Below are positions 1 to 14,000 of a stretch of 64,000 nucleotides of DNA, piece by piece. How positions within the stretch are numbered: position 1 is the first letter of the stretch; each line of letters begins with the position of its first letter. The notes beneath the pieces are model-generated. The model was not told where the DNA came from, searched no databases, and was given only the letters and a program-made list of their open reading frames with translations. The translations under genes were made by a program, and so were the position numbers. Where the stretch lies: assembly GCA_964035545.1 (NCBI GenBank), contig OZ037766.1:11336722-11400721 (forward strand). The letters are read 5' to 3'. This stretch comes from Bugula neritina. Lineage: Eukaryota; Animalia; Bryozoa.

Positions 1-1971
1 TATAACAGATGTATCTTGCACTGCCCTCTGCATGAGTATAATAATTAAACTATCTTAACATATTTTATTGTAGTACTAAACTAGTACAATGCAAAAAAGA
101 ATATTATATAAAAGGTGAGCATCTACCATACACCAATACATATTGCCTTGTATTTCATATAACATTGTATAGTATAACAGACTCCCCCAAGCTTGGTAAT
201 TACAATTTTATACTCTATAAAGTATTTCCACTAGCCTCTCATGGGTCATGAATTTAGAAATTCTGAATTTTCAAAATTTATTAAGATATAGTTTCAGTTG
301 CAATATGAGCCCAGAAGACACACTTTAGACTATTTTACAGGACTAGACTTGTACTGCTTTTAGCTTAGTTTTGTCAAAAAATCGCAAACAAGAAACATTA
401 CAGCTTTTTTATATGAACAGAAAATGGCTATGAGTTCGCCAAATGGTTATTAGTAAGAAATACAAGGACACTGCTGAGCTACAGGTTTTGTAGTAAACAT
501 AGAGCTATGATATGCTAGGGCAAATGACCAAAGTCCAAATTAATGGTTGACAATCATTTTGAGGTTTGTAATCAGAAATCCTAAATAATCTCTCCAAAAG
601 CACATCTTCTAGCAGAAAGTTTCTAACTTTCAAAATGGGGGGCAAATTTAAGGAAAATTCTTTTTCATGGCTGAAAATTTTACCTCCCTCAAAATTGGAA
701 TTTTGAAAAGCTGTTTTCTAGGCACATATCCCTTTGCAAAGTCACAATTGTTTGCATACGCATTAGATTATAGTTCATAATTATGATGTGATTGTAATAA
801 ACTAAGATTGAGCAATCCTTTAAGTAAAAATTCCCAAACCTTTACATATAACCTCAAGACTTACACTGAATTCTAAAGTTGATGTCTGTCTCCATTGGAA
901 ATTTTATAATTACTTTATAACTAATGGCAACTATTAGGAATAAAGATATAATGAATGCTAAATTGTTTTATTTCAATAATCTGAAAATAATAACAACTGG
1001 CTCACTAGTTGACTTATAGTACAGAATACTGCCTGTGAATTCTCTTAAGTTCTAGATTTAGCCAGATATAACCAGACTGTAGGCTACAACTAACACACAG
1101 AAAAGAGTTGCCTAGGTGATTAAAACTGACACAAACCTTCCAGTAAATCCTCAGTATTTGTTAATCCAATGGGATATACAATAGGCATGATTACTATCAG
1201 CAACTAAGTAGAATAAACTGGGCCTTATTAATCACTTTCTATAGTCTAACCAGAAATCAGTTATTGTTAGTGGTTTCTTTATTTTTTGCTGCAAATTTAC
1301 CAAATGCAGTGCAGTCTGTAAGATTTTTCTTGGAGTTGGTAAAACAAATATTTCTGTTCACAATAGCCCATGAATGGCCGTTATATAACACATAATAGTT
1401 TTATTACAGTATTCTTGTATTTACTGCTTAATTCATACCAAGACAGTTACACATTCCACACAATAGATACCTTCACAGGTTTTATTAGCAATATATACTA
1501 ATTTCCTTGTTAGTCACATTATTCTGAATTTCCACATATTTTTGAGCTAGCAGTTATTTATTGAAACGTTGTTGACATATTTACATTGTTTGTTATCTAT
1601 GAAATAATCATCACATACTCAAACATGAATTATGAATCACTCATAAATGTGTACGGAATTAGATGACCTCATTATTTACAGGAGCTTTTAATTAAACTGA
1701 TGTGCACCACTGAGCATATTAACTAGAAAAAAAGTTACAAGATGGTCATGCTATAGTTGGCTTATTTTAAATAGTTTGTATGGGTGTAGTCTCCTAATGC
1801 TACAGTTTTCATTGAATTATTGTATCCTTTTGTATTGTTACTTCTCTTCCATACCACTGAACTGTAAAATGAACGCCACTAGTGCAAAATAGCTCAGTGA
1901 TGTCAGGTAATTTTTGACTAAATAAATCCTTGCTCTGATCATAACATGCAATGATGTCTTTTCTCACTCAC

Positions 1972-2187
1972 CTGAACTGCATCTCCGTCCAGATTCAAAC
2001 TGAAAGTTTTTGGAAGTTTTTCCGTAACGTCGTATAAAACGGTATGGCCATGAATAAAGAAGCTCTCTCTTGCTTATATTGTGTAGAGAAATGTCTTCAC
2101 TATTCACGGACAGTTCATATAAGCCGGCCAAACCACATCTAACTGCCTGTTCATTTTCCACTACAGCCACTGGAAATATGTGTGGTT
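1972..2187 (-). CDS. DOK-family adaptor, IRS-type PTB domain exon
   Basis: Translates (E)PHIFPVAVVENEQAVRCGLAGLYELSV...LLYSWPYRFIRRYGKTSKNFQFESGRRCSS(G), which matches the DOK1-3/FRS2 PTB signature W-P-Y-x-x-(L/I)-RRYG...F-x-FE-x-GRRC. Acceptor ttttag, donor gtgagt, phase 1-1, 216 nt. Confidence 0.88.
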
Positions 2188-2570
2188 CTAAAACATGACA
2201 CAACAGTAAAACAATTTTTTAACAATGGTTGCTTCAGTTGCACCTGTTGAATATTATCATCATGATTTTACTTATAGTTCTAGTTTATAATTCACTTTTT
2301 TTCTAACTGTGAAACCAAATGAATAGACTTAAATAATAAACATTTCAAGACTGCTTAAACTCTATGTAATCATAACCCAAACTAAATATGAGTACAAAAC
2401 TAAATATGTCAAGCCTGTGACTATTAACACCACCAGGATAGGCTATAGAGTCTAGAGTCTAGACTGCAACCCACTGCATACTATACAGGCATCAGGTTGT
2501 AATGCTGACCATGTATTGTTAGTCTATGAAGTATTCCAAAGAAAATTGGATGTATACAGACACCACATAC

Positions 2571-2658
2571 CTCTTGATGGCTCCCGGTCTGTTGGTGAAA
2601 ATTGGGCGGCCTTACTGACTTTGCCTTCCCTTGGTGGCGATGTCCTTTCAAATAGCAT
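2571..2658 (-). CDS. DOK-like gene, probable first coding exon (MLFERTSPPREGKVSKAAQFSPTDREPSR)
   Basis: ATG at 2658 with an in-frame TAG just upstream. Donor G|gtatgt at 2571 is phase 1 and joins the PTB exon in frame. Confidence 0.55.
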
Positions 2659-4389
2659 ATTACGCTAAAATTCGTGTATGTCAGTCCGAAGTTGGTTCTA
2701 GCAGTTGAATACAAGTATTCCTCCACCTGTGTAACTAGATGAATAAAAAAGCATGAGTGTAACATTTACTCATTTTTATATGTGGCTATGTGTCATAGCA
2801 TTTCACGCTTGACCTGGTGAACTTCTTATCACGTGTACAACATGATGAGTGACTAACAAGTTCCAGAACAGACATGATGAAATGGTTATCAATAAATAGA
2901 CCTTTGTTTTTTAACTCGAGCGAGTCAAGTCAACATCTAGTTTCTTAGTGAGGTGCAGGAGAAGAAAACTTTGAAAAGTGGTTTCTACAGAAGGAAGCAT
3001 AAGATTTTAATGGTTAATGTGAATAAAAACTTTGCTGGACATCTTGATGTAAAATGATAGATTTTATTGGTTAATATTACTTGTTAGTCCGGAGTTTTGG
3101 CCATTTGCCAATACTGCTTGTATCTGATATTCATTTGGCTGCTAAAACAATAACTTATTATAGTTATGTTTCATAACTACAAATTCCTCATGTTTATTGT
3201 ATTACTCATTCCTCCGATGTCCATGTGATAAGGAACACTACTCTCCCAAATCAATTTTATCGCTTGTGTTTTACAAGTAGACATAAGCAAAACTTGTCTG
3301 TTCCAGTCAACTGATTTTCCTAAAAAAGCTTTTCTCAGCAGACACGTGATCATTGCGTTTTGCTTGCACATACATGTTGCCCTATATTGTCACTCGTACA
3401 AGGGCTGCAATTAAATGATCTGCAACACTCACATCTGGTGTATGTTGAAAAAGGCATAAAAATGCAAATGCGTTTGACAAAACAAAAACCAATCCGATCA
3501 AATTTTGCTATGCATGTAGATTTTTTTCTTAGTTGAATGTACAAGTTTTGTTTATGTTATACTACAGAAAACAAGTACAATAATAAAATTACTTTATGAA
3601 CTGTTTTTGTTGGACAAAATAATATGTTGAGCATAGAGTGGGTTCTGCCTAGCACAGGCTAAGTTTACTTCATCATTGCATTTTTGTAATCACTCATCAA
3701 AAACACTGATAGTCTTTAAACCAAGTCAGTTATGAGGTCAAAAATTCAACTTGTTCGAAACCTGGAAAAGTCCCAGTTCAGCTTAAGTTTAGATTTTCAA
3801 TGCCTATACTTTTATTAACCAAGCTACAACATGTTAGATGTATTTAGCTTTTTGAAGAAAAAGATTTTTGAAAAATGTGATCGTGATAGGCTGGATGGTA
3901 AAACAAATATGCTGTGGGCTTTTGTATAAATATTTTCACTTTTGAAGACACTTTTCTAGATTGGGATATATGCTATAAAACTATAATTATAGTGACCCAA
4001 CTTGCTCAATGAAAAAATTACTATTAAATATTATGAGTAAGATCTGATAAGTTTGAGATTGTTATTAAACTGTTAGATTGACGAACTTTTTTTAAAAACT
4101 AGTAAGTTCGAAAAAAAGTTGCATACTAATATTATTGGGATGAGATGGATGCCATTCGTGTCAAGTATTAGATTAGTTAAACAACTATTTTACCATTCAG
4201 GTAATCATAATCATAGTTGCTTGTGATGTTTGTGGCTAGCCTGTGGGGGTGTTTAGTTCTCTGAAGGACAGCCACTGGAATTTATTTCATTTCAGTAAGC
4301 ATAATTAATGTGCATTTTAAAAAGAAAAGATAACTTCAAAGTCTAAATACCATGCTACGAAAAAGAGGAAAACGTTTTGCTCGACTCAC

Positions 4390-4610
4390 CTGAAAAAGGG
4401 ACCACAGCCGCTTCTTACCCCCCTCCCCCGATAACTTTGTTGAAAATTTGTCAAGAGTAGCCTGAACCCAAGCTCAAACCTCAAAACTTTTATATTACCA
4501 AAAACACAGGCTATCGTCGACAAAGTAACCGTGCATTGCCAAAAGCACGTTCGTTTTAATTCCGGTAGAAACAAGCAAGTATCAACTTGTAGTTCTATAA
4601 CTCATTAACT
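4390..4610. promoter_or_regulatory. CpG-containing promoter / first non-coding exon region, probably bidirectional
   Basis: Locally GC/CpG-rich island. Minus-strand donor CAG|gtgagt at 4390 (DOK 5'UTR exon) and plus-strand donor-like gtaagt at 4611. Confidence 0.45.
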
Positions 4611-4779
4611 GTAAGTATAGATTAAGTTTAACTTTAAGTATAGCTGGCTGGCATACTTGCTACTTATGCCATTAACAATTTATTAACAAAGGTTGTGATT
4701 GCCAGTTAGCTACTATCGTAAATAATAATAATTGTTGTATTTGTAGTGAGATTAAAAATAAAATGTACTCGAAAATATA

Positions 4780-5900
4780 AATCAGTAAAACTTAAACTAA
4801 ATACGTAAGTTTTGTAAAATTAAAAGTAAATATTAATAACTAATAAGTTAATAACTATTTAGTATTTACTATCTACATCTTGATGATGATGATCACTATC
4901 GTCAGTATCACTATGACAGTGACTATCAGTCATTCAGTGTCATTAAATTGTCATTATGGCTATGGCTATCAGTATCAGTATCATAGTCATAATGATTAAT
5001 CATGATCATGATGACTCCGACTGTCAGTGTCTTAAGTGAGTGTGACTATGGGTATGATTATCACTATAAGTGATCATTATAATTATGAGTATGACTATGA
5101 GTATAAGTGTTACTGTTAGTATGAGTATGACATTGACTATAAGTATAAGTATGAGTATCGCTATCAGAATCAGTATCACTATCTCAGTATCTGAGCATCA
5201 AACTCCAAGTCCATGAGACTGAGTGATGAGTCTGAGACCATTACAATCTGATTCACTTATGAGTTGATGTTATGACTTATGAGTTATGATTATGATTTAC
5301 TGGTTGTGTTTAGATTTAGTTTTAACTCAATTAGTATGAATATTGAATATGAGATTGAGTATCACTATCAAGATCAGCCAATAATTTAGTGATTTTATTT
5401 GCTTAACTTGACGTTACAATGGCAATCACTTTGACTTATAATAAATATAATCAAATTTAACATTTTATTGCGATATAAATATGAATATTAATAATGCTGA
5501 TCTAATGTGAATAACAATATCAATATGAATAACTATAGGACTAAGTGCACAGTATAACGCTAACAGCCACAGTGGCAGTACCAATAAGATTAACTTCAAG
5601 TATAGCAGTAAATGATTTAGTCCTAAAGTTAAAAGTAAATCTAGCTCTAAGTATTAAAATTAATTCAATAACAATTTGCTTTTCTGATTTAAAATAAGTA
5701 CTACTACTACTATTGCTACTAATAGTAGTTAGTAATTATCTTTAGTTTTACTAATACTAAGCTATTGATTATCATTATGATTATGAGTTTATCATGATTA
5801 TAATAATAATAATCATAATTTGTCGATGTCTGAAGAGTATTAATTAGTAGTTCTAAAGAGCTGTTTGACTTACTCTTACTTATAGTTATTTACTTATTGT
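4780..5900. repeat. Degenerate hexamer-periodic low-complexity tract (ATGAGT/ATCACT/ATAAGT type)
   Basis: e.g. atgagtatgactatgagtataagtgttactgttagtatgagt and atcagtatcactatgacagtgactatcagt. Confidence 0.85.
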
Positions 5901-8900
5901 AGAGTTAACATTTGTATTGCATTTTGCAAGTTTTACATGGCCATACTACACCTCCTATTAGCTTCCAGAAAGTTAGTTTTCGAATTTTGTTAGGTAGGCT
6001 AAGTCCATTGTAATTGCATACTGGCACTAAATTTAATTAATCTGTTTAAGATGTTTTAATATGAATATAGTTTTATAGAATAGTTGTGGTTGTAGGCCTA
6101 GAGGCTCTAAGTATGACTCAATAGCAATAACAAGTTAGTGAGCAACTGTTTATTTTTTAATTGCGAGTAAATGGAAGTTTCTGGATTAAACTACCATTTT
6201 AATTTTTAAAGTTATTGCTATATTCACTTCAATTTTTTGCCACAGTGGCTATAAATATCTAATGTATTAAATCTTACTTTCCTAATACATAAAACTGTTG
6301 TACTTTTGAGTAGAACTAGGTCTATAGATCATTATGATTATTATTAGCATAACGTCTGGCTCAGGCAGTATTTATTTTGCAAACAATTTTTATTATAAGT
6401 TATATGCAAGGTCGATAATGAAAGCTATCATTGAAACTTTTAACTTCACATGGTGTGGTTGGTTTAAAATTAAGAACATCTAAGCCTATATTAAATGATC
6501 ATTCTTCCTCATTTTAAAATGATTTTCAATTACAATTATTCTCAACTCTTTGAAAACTCATCATGAGCCATGCTAATGCATAGCAAATAAAACTATTACG
6601 TCATCTTGTGATTATATGAATTAACTGAAAAAACATTAGTGAACAAAACGTATCATAAAATCAATTTGCTTGGGTACACAACTTTAAATTATGATTTACT
6701 TAGTGCCCGTGATATGTATAAAATATAGCGACTGAAATGTCAAAATTGGCTGCAAGAAGCATACTCTTTCAAGTTACACAATTATGGCAGTTTAGTTCTT
6801 GGATTAACACATTATGTTGATGCAATAAGACATTTTAAAGTTCTTAGAACTTTGCAAAAGAAAAATTAAAAAAAAGAGAGCACAATTTTATTCTATTAAT
6901 GACTAATGGATAAAAATGTCAAACAACATCACAAAGAAATATTTCTACGAAATTCATTATAAACTCTTTTTTTTAATTTTGTATTTTCAACTATTTGACT
7001 TACAGCTGCCTATTTAAAGTATAATATGAGCTCACATTAGCAGATAATTTTTTTTAGATTATTATTATAACTATGTTTTCAAAAGCTAATAAAGCAATAG
7101 CTACAGTCATTGAGTTCTGTTTTTTGCGGTTATACACTCAGTTGTAGTAGTATTCTAAAGTAACTAATTTTTTATATTTTTTTTATGCACATTCAAAATG
7201 ACCAAGAAAAATGACCAGCTAAAAACAGCATTACTTGAACAGGTTTTTGAAGTGTTTGACTTCTTAAGGCTGCATGTTGGTCAAGTGTATCATTTGAACT
7301 GAAACCTATTTGTTCAATGATTCTGCCTTGTACAAATTTTATGAAATGTTTGATGCTTAGTTTCATTGAATAATATGTTGGTCTAATTTGAAGGTAAAAG
7401 GTTTTATAAATGGAGTTTATTTTTGCAATAGTAGTCATAAACATAAAGGTTTGCTCTATTATTTGCTCTGATTAGTGAAACATTTTTGGCAATTTGATAG
7501 CCTGTGAATTATTTGAATTTGACAAAAAAGTCATTGGTGACAGACTACATGAATGATGAAATTGTACATGTTTGTGAAGCATGTTAACTTAATTAAAACT
7601 TTGGTAACAGTTTTGCAATGAAATAATTCACATGTTATGCAACTATAGCTAGAAATACTACGTAGTATGTAGTGAAAGTATTTGTTGCAAGTTGAAGGCG
7701 TTAATTCTGCTGCTTTAAAAATTTTTGTTCATTTTGTTGACACTTGAAAATCTTTTACCACATTGCAATTATTTTTGCAGCAGAAAGTGCTAGTCTTCTA
7801 CAAAAGTATATGCACTAGAAAATAATTTCCATGATAACTGTAAAAATTTTTTCCATAAATTCATTATGCAATGGTGGTGCCCCTTAAGACCTTTTTTAGA
7901 CAATTCTGTTTTTCTACGTTCTAGAATATAATTTTGCAATGTTGGTTAGAATAACATTATTTTAAACTTCCTGGTGATACAAAAAGGAACTAGATGCAAC
8001 CTAGAAGACCTTGAACAAATGTTTCAGCTAGAGTGTATGAATCAACTAAAATAACTGTTTTTGCCACAAATATGTTTGAGTAAGCATAGTTATTCATGAT
8101 GGTGTTATGTTAATGCTTTTGCAATTTATATCAGTTTATGCTGAATTAATTTGCATCTCTTTGACAATGACCTCTTTGTTAAGCCAAAAATTGCGGTGGT
8201 TTTAGTATTCATAGAATTATATTGTTTAAGCTACTTCCTGCGTGCTTACATTTGTTTAGATGTAAGTTTTTACTGTAAAATGCTAGCCATGTCTGACAGC
8301 ATGTGCTGGTGCCTGGTGTCACTCTTTCCAAGCTGAAGAGTATAGCTATACTTCATACAATTTTATTTATTTTAGTTTATCTAACAATTACTTGATAGTT
8401 GTTCTGTAAATCTTTATAATAGATTCAATTCAAGGAAGTATGAACAAAATGATCTTATTAGTCTGAGTAGTGAAATAGCTTGAATTTCATCTTAACATAG
8501 AGAGTGAACTGCCAACGCCATTGCTGGTCACTTAAGTTAACAATTTAAGCCAAAACCTTGAGTAATACTGAAAGTCTTCAATGTCAACCAGTAAAATATT
8601 TGTACTTTTTTTATTAAGCCGGACTCAGTTTTGAGCATTAACTAGAATATTTTCCTAGATCATCTTAGAAAGAATTTGACATCAAACCAACTTACTTATT
8701 CACGTGAATTATTGTGGCGAGACTTGATATGCACTTTTGCATCTAAAGGATAATGGGGGGGGGGAGAAGATCTTTTATCCTGGCTTTTTTAAGGAACTTG
8801 TTACTACCGGTTTTAGCAGAATATTTTATGTAGCCTGAAATAATTTGGGTAAATAAAAATTGTTTGGTTGTGTTTAGTCATAGGTATTATTTTTTTTATA

Positions 8901-10545
8901 AATTTTGTTATGTAGAATAATTATTAATCATTACTGAATCAACATCCTGTTTAAATGTAGCGTTCTATTTGGATTGGATATATAACTACAGAGGGTAGTT
9001 TCCTAAATTCAAATATAGCAGTCTTTATTAAAATGTTAGAAGCTGATTAGTTCAGTTCACACTTTCTGTTATGAATTATTCAGCTAGCTGTGAATTAAGT
9101 TGTATAAATCATGCAGAAAATCATGGCAAAATTCCTCAAATGAAATTTCAAAGTATTATAATGGTTTTTTTTATAAGTTTATACCAAGTATCTCTATTAA
9201 GAGTAATCTCATTTATTTTTTATGTTAAAAAAGATATGCATTCCAGTTAGAATGCCATCTTGCCATAACATACATACATACCTATGCACTTCATAACCGA
9301 ATTATTTAACCAGCTTAGATGTAAACAAAAAAGCTACTGGGTTAGTAAATATTTGTTAAAATAACTTTCGTAATAGGGAAAGACAAAAATAAATCGATAA
9401 CCGCATTTAAAAAATGGAAGTTATAGCTAAATTTTAATAGTTATATACTGTTACTTCAACGTTGCTAAACTTGAATGTAAATATCTGTAATATAATTCGT
9501 ACAGTTAAATTATTTCTAAGCCTTTAATTTGAAATTACTGCCTGATATCAGATGTAGAAATTCTTTATTTATTTTTATTGTCATAATTTTTATTAAAGCT
9601 TTTAAATCAAGAAGGCAAAATTCTTAGCATTTTGTTTTTCTTTATGGCAAATTTAAATGCTTTATTTGAAATTTTAATTTATCTCTAAATTCTTTAGTGA
9701 TTGTAATATTGTAGAAAACCTATTAATGATTTTTTTGAGGGTTGAAGAGCTTTTTGCCCCAAGCTATGTCAGCACAAAAATACGGCTTGTATTAAACGAC
9801 TGAACTGAAAGATTAACATTAATAATAGTATTGAGTAGCATATAAATATCTAGCTTGTCATAGAAAATTGTACATAAAATTTGTGATTAGTAAATTGCTC
9901 ATTGGAAGCCCTTAAGCCAATAACAGTATCTCTGCTGGGATTAAAGTGTGGAATTGAACAATTCAGCCAGTGGGCCTCACAGGTTCTAGCTATTTTTCTA
10001 GTAGGTCTTTTTTGATTCCAATTTCGTACTCTTTCTTAGTTGAATCTAAGATGAGTTTAAATTATATATTTTTGCTTGGTTTTTTTCAGCAGTTTTTGGT
10101 AATAGTAACAAAAAGAACAATAAAAATATATTTTAAGTCCTATTTTGCTTCTTAAGTATCTAAATTTATATCTGAACTAAAATTTTGCTTTGTAATAGTT
10201 ACTCTTAATCAATTATTAAAAGTAGATCTGTATATGACAGTCTATACAAATACGGACTGACTAAGACCCTAGAATATATACACTTGTATAAAGCAGTGAG
10301 ATGTACTAAAATACTCCAAGTATAAATTATTAATAGAGCATATCAATGACAGGATGTATGCTTGATGAGGTATACTAGTTGTGTAGTAACAATATACCTA
10401 TTTACTCATACAAAGCTAAGGATCTCTAAACTCATTTATTGTTGAATGAGCCCATTTTATTCATTAGCATCTGACTACTTCAAGCGTACGATTACCTGAC
10501 ATGACTGACAAATGCTAATAGTATGAAAGTTTTACGTTTAGTGAG

Positions 10546-10553
10546 TGACGTCA
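10546..10553. promoter_or_regulatory. Full palindromic CRE (TGACGTCA) in the putative promoter of the EGF-ligand gene
   Basis: Exact TGACGTCA in a CpG-containing patch ~380 bp upstream of the ATG at 10925. Function is inferred only. Confidence 0.35.
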
Positions 10554-10924
10554 AGGTTTCCGTAGTAGTATTTGTCACACGTCTCGTGTTCTATTTCTAG
10601 GGAACAGTCGATAAATAGAGCACTAATATATTACATCATGCTTTATTATTGAAAGCATTGCTATTCGATGACATGAGCTACTACTATTTGCCAATAGTAA
10701 GCCTCTTTAAGAAAGCCACTTATAATTTCATTCATATCCCAGATTTGTTTTGTTAGAGTGCTTGAAGCGTGGAGAAGGCAAACGATCAGGTCGTGAAGTA
10801 CTTAGTAATATTATACTGTATGATTGTAGTGAACTACGCTATGCTGTAATAGTTCATTGATAAGCTAGAGACAGACTGTTCGGTCACCAGTAAAGTAGCG
10901 GCTTGGAGTGTAGTTCAATTAATA

Positions 10925-11000
10925 ATGATCCGGTCTTCCAGTACTAATTATTTACTGTGTGGAGTCATATTGGCTGCTACATTATGTTTCACACCAGTTG
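10925..11000 (+). CDS. EGFR-ligand-like precursor exon 1 (signal peptide MIRSSSTNYLLCGVILAATLCFTPV-G)
   Basis: Hydrophobic signal-peptide-like stretch. Consensus donor G|gtaagt, phase 1, joins 17812 in frame. Confidence 0.75.
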
Positions 11001-14000
11001 GTAAGTAAAACTTTTTAACTACTATATTCATATTGTACTGCAATGTTTCTCCCCACCCAACAGCCAAGCTTCTATGCTCTCACTCTGACAAGTTACGATC
11101 ATGTGATTATTACCAACTATCTTTGGTTTTTACATTTTTTCACTATCTAAATAAAATGTCGATCATCGTGTTAGTACATTTAGTTGAACCAAATAACCAC
11201 TGCATGCTCTACGGTGTCATCTCTATTGAGGACAACAATTTTATTTGAGTTAGAATCAATATTGATTAGAAGTATTTGTATGTCGAAAGTTATTTTACTA
11301 GAAATAAAAAAAAATCTCAGTTATCATTATACTCATATTGCTCATCACTGTAAAGGGTAGTAGTGTACAGTTTCTCATCACAAAAATATGGTACAAGCTA
11401 GTAGTAGAGTAGTTGTGTAAAGTTTGTTTGGTAGACATGCTGTAAGAATCGAGACTATCTTACAATGGTCAGGTTTTAAGAAATTAAGTACTGAAGATAA
11501 GGGGATGTAATAAAGTATCGACAGCATGGCATTAGCTCATCGGGCTCATAAAGCTTTCACGTTGATTTGAAACAGCTGCTACTAGTAAATTGTAATCTGT
11601 AGATATTTATGAATAGTGCTTTTGGAATAGCCTTATAATAAGATATTTTGTTATTTTCTGTATACCAATAAAGTTAGCCATGTAAGTGTGTTAGTATTTT
11701 AGACTATAAAATTGGCATTGCTGATGAAAGCTAAGTCTGTACTTGGTAGTAAGCTTGTTAGGAGTGGTTGGTGAAACATTGTTGAACCTTGAATAAATCT
11801 GCTTAGCAACTGTCACTAGTCTTACGATGCCATATGATGCCATATTTATACGTATCACTTGGGCATGCTGAAATTTCTCTATATTTACTGCAAATTTTCG
11901 CCACAGTGATTGTAAACATGTTGAAGTAGATTTGCTTTCAGTTCAGTTTAGCTTGTATGCCATATTATTCTAATCATATTAGCTATCAGTGACTGACTGA
12001 GTGTCTTATTGATTGAACTCCACGAAGAGATCCTATTTCATGTTTAATATTTCAGTCTAGTGGTGCCAAAATTGTATACTGCTGCTTTATGATAGTTCTT
12101 TAAATTGAGTTTGCTAGCATTATTATTAATTCCTAGGAATCGAAATCTACCCTTTCACAGTGTTATGTTGGTTAGGGAGCAGGGGTCTGGTTAGAGTGCT
12201 GACTTACTAGGCTCACTCTTGTATTGGTGATACCTGTAACAGCATCTGATTGTGATTGCCCCTGTGTCACGGTAAACTAGTCCTTCTGATTACTTGAACA
12301 AAGAACTCTTTCCATAAGGGGTTCTCACAGGGGTGGAGACTTAAACAAATGTTAGTTTTTATAGTAGTTTATCACCAAGTGATGCAAAGCTTTCGAATTA
12401 ACTTTGCTGTGGTAGTAGTAGGAAAGATGAAACTGCTCTAAAGCAAGTTCTATATACTTTAGTCTGAAAGAGTCGTCATCAGTTCTTGCATTCTTTACAT
12501 TTTTTACACCTGCCATCAATAACAAAATGGCTTTTGCATGCATAGCAGAGCTATTTTAAAATTTGTTTGCAGACCTCTTGTGATGTTATATTTATTGCCA
12601 AGTTGATTGTTCAGATCAAATATATAGACTAGTAGTTGAGTTCTACTATTCATCATATGCACAGCCATCAACTATGTAGTTGCACAATGTGAACAAAGTC
12701 ATACTACCCTTCAACATAGAACTATACTACGTTAAATATGGATAGAAGAAAACCAACACATACCCAAAATAGAGAGTTGGTGATACAGAAAGGTATATTG
12801 GAATTGTGCTGAAGACATTCTTTATAGTTTAAAAAAGAAGAATGTTTCAACAGCCTTTCAGTAAACTAGTTTTTTTTTTTTCGAGGAATAATCCCAGCAG
12901 GGGGAGAGAGACCTTCAATAAATCTTGGTAGTATGTTTTAAAATGTGTTTGGCCTCCCGAGTAGAGTATGATATTTTACTAAAATACAAAGCTTGAAGGT
13001 AGGCCAAGTAAGTTAAGCTGAAACTTTTCGATGATGTACGTACAATTCTAGATGCCAGAACACCATGTATGAGTTAGGTGGCCGAAAAAGGTATGAATTG
13101 CTCAATTTTTATTATTGTTAAGTCTACTTAAATATTAAAATTTGATTACGTTTAATATTTTTAGAAAAGGATAAGGGGATATTTTGGTGGGCTATGCTTT
13201 GGTATTAAGTGTAAAGCCTAAAGTACTCTCTAATCACTCATTAACCTATACTAAGTTTATTTGCCCTGGTCAGCAGTATTCATTTTGAGTTTAATAATAA
13301 ATAATAGTTTAGTGAAATAATAAATTTTATACACTTTTATATAATTCATACATTGAGCTAGCATGCTATATGAGCGTTGTGATGATTTAGAGTTTTACAT
13401 GCTGTAGGAGTATTTTTTGATAGAGTTATATCTCTTTTACAATAAAGTCACATTAAAAGGAATTTATCTCCAAATTTGCTAATACAATTGAACAAGATAG
13501 CTCATTTATACAAAGATCATGTGCATTCCTGCCAAAGCACTTTACACTGAGTGTCATCAACAACCTACTTGACAGATACTCACATAATATGGCCTTGAGC
13601 CTTTTTAATAACAACCGATGTTTAGAAAACCTAATATTTATATAATTTAGTATAATATAGATTATAGTGAAGCCAATTCATTTAGTTCAGTTTGAATTTC
13701 GACCCTTTTAGCTGAAACACAAGCCTGATATGATGTGTATTGAGCTGTCTCGCCTATGTAAATGATAATTTGGCAGTTTATCTGTGTTCAAATAGTTTTA
13801 ATCTTAAATAAATATTGTCTGTTAATGACTACTTTAGTGAAGCTAAATCCCTCCACAAATTCGGTTATAAAATAATTTTAGGTATTGAATTAAGCATTTT
13901 ACCAATGTTGGTGAGAAAAGAGAAAAGGTGCCTTAATTTTGTTTTGGATACGGCTCTAGCTAAGTCTAGCAGTAATGTATATTATTGTAGGTTAGAGATA

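Noticed and set aside
1809-1861. Possible next/terminal DOK exon on the minus strand (VQWYGREVTIQKDTIIQ*)
   Set aside because: It has an acceptor and the right phase but lacks the expected G-x-G-x-F-x-F continuation of the PTB fold. The real exon probably lies left of the window.
2481-2765. 94-aa minus-strand ORF in the track
   Set aside because: Wrong frame: only the MLFERT... frame gives a phase-1 junction compatible with the PTB exon.
5086-5215. Alternating hydrophobic/Ser-Thr 'peptide' (MSMTMSISVTVSMS...) readable in the periodic tract
   Set aside because: A direct by-product of the ATN-A[C/G]T periodicity; short, no splice context, and the other tracts do not keep an open frame.
12170-12350. 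Possible degraded SINE (tggttagagtgctgact A-box-like start, gacttaaacaaat end)
   Set aside because: No recognisable B-box and no second copy in the window; too weak without a repeat library.
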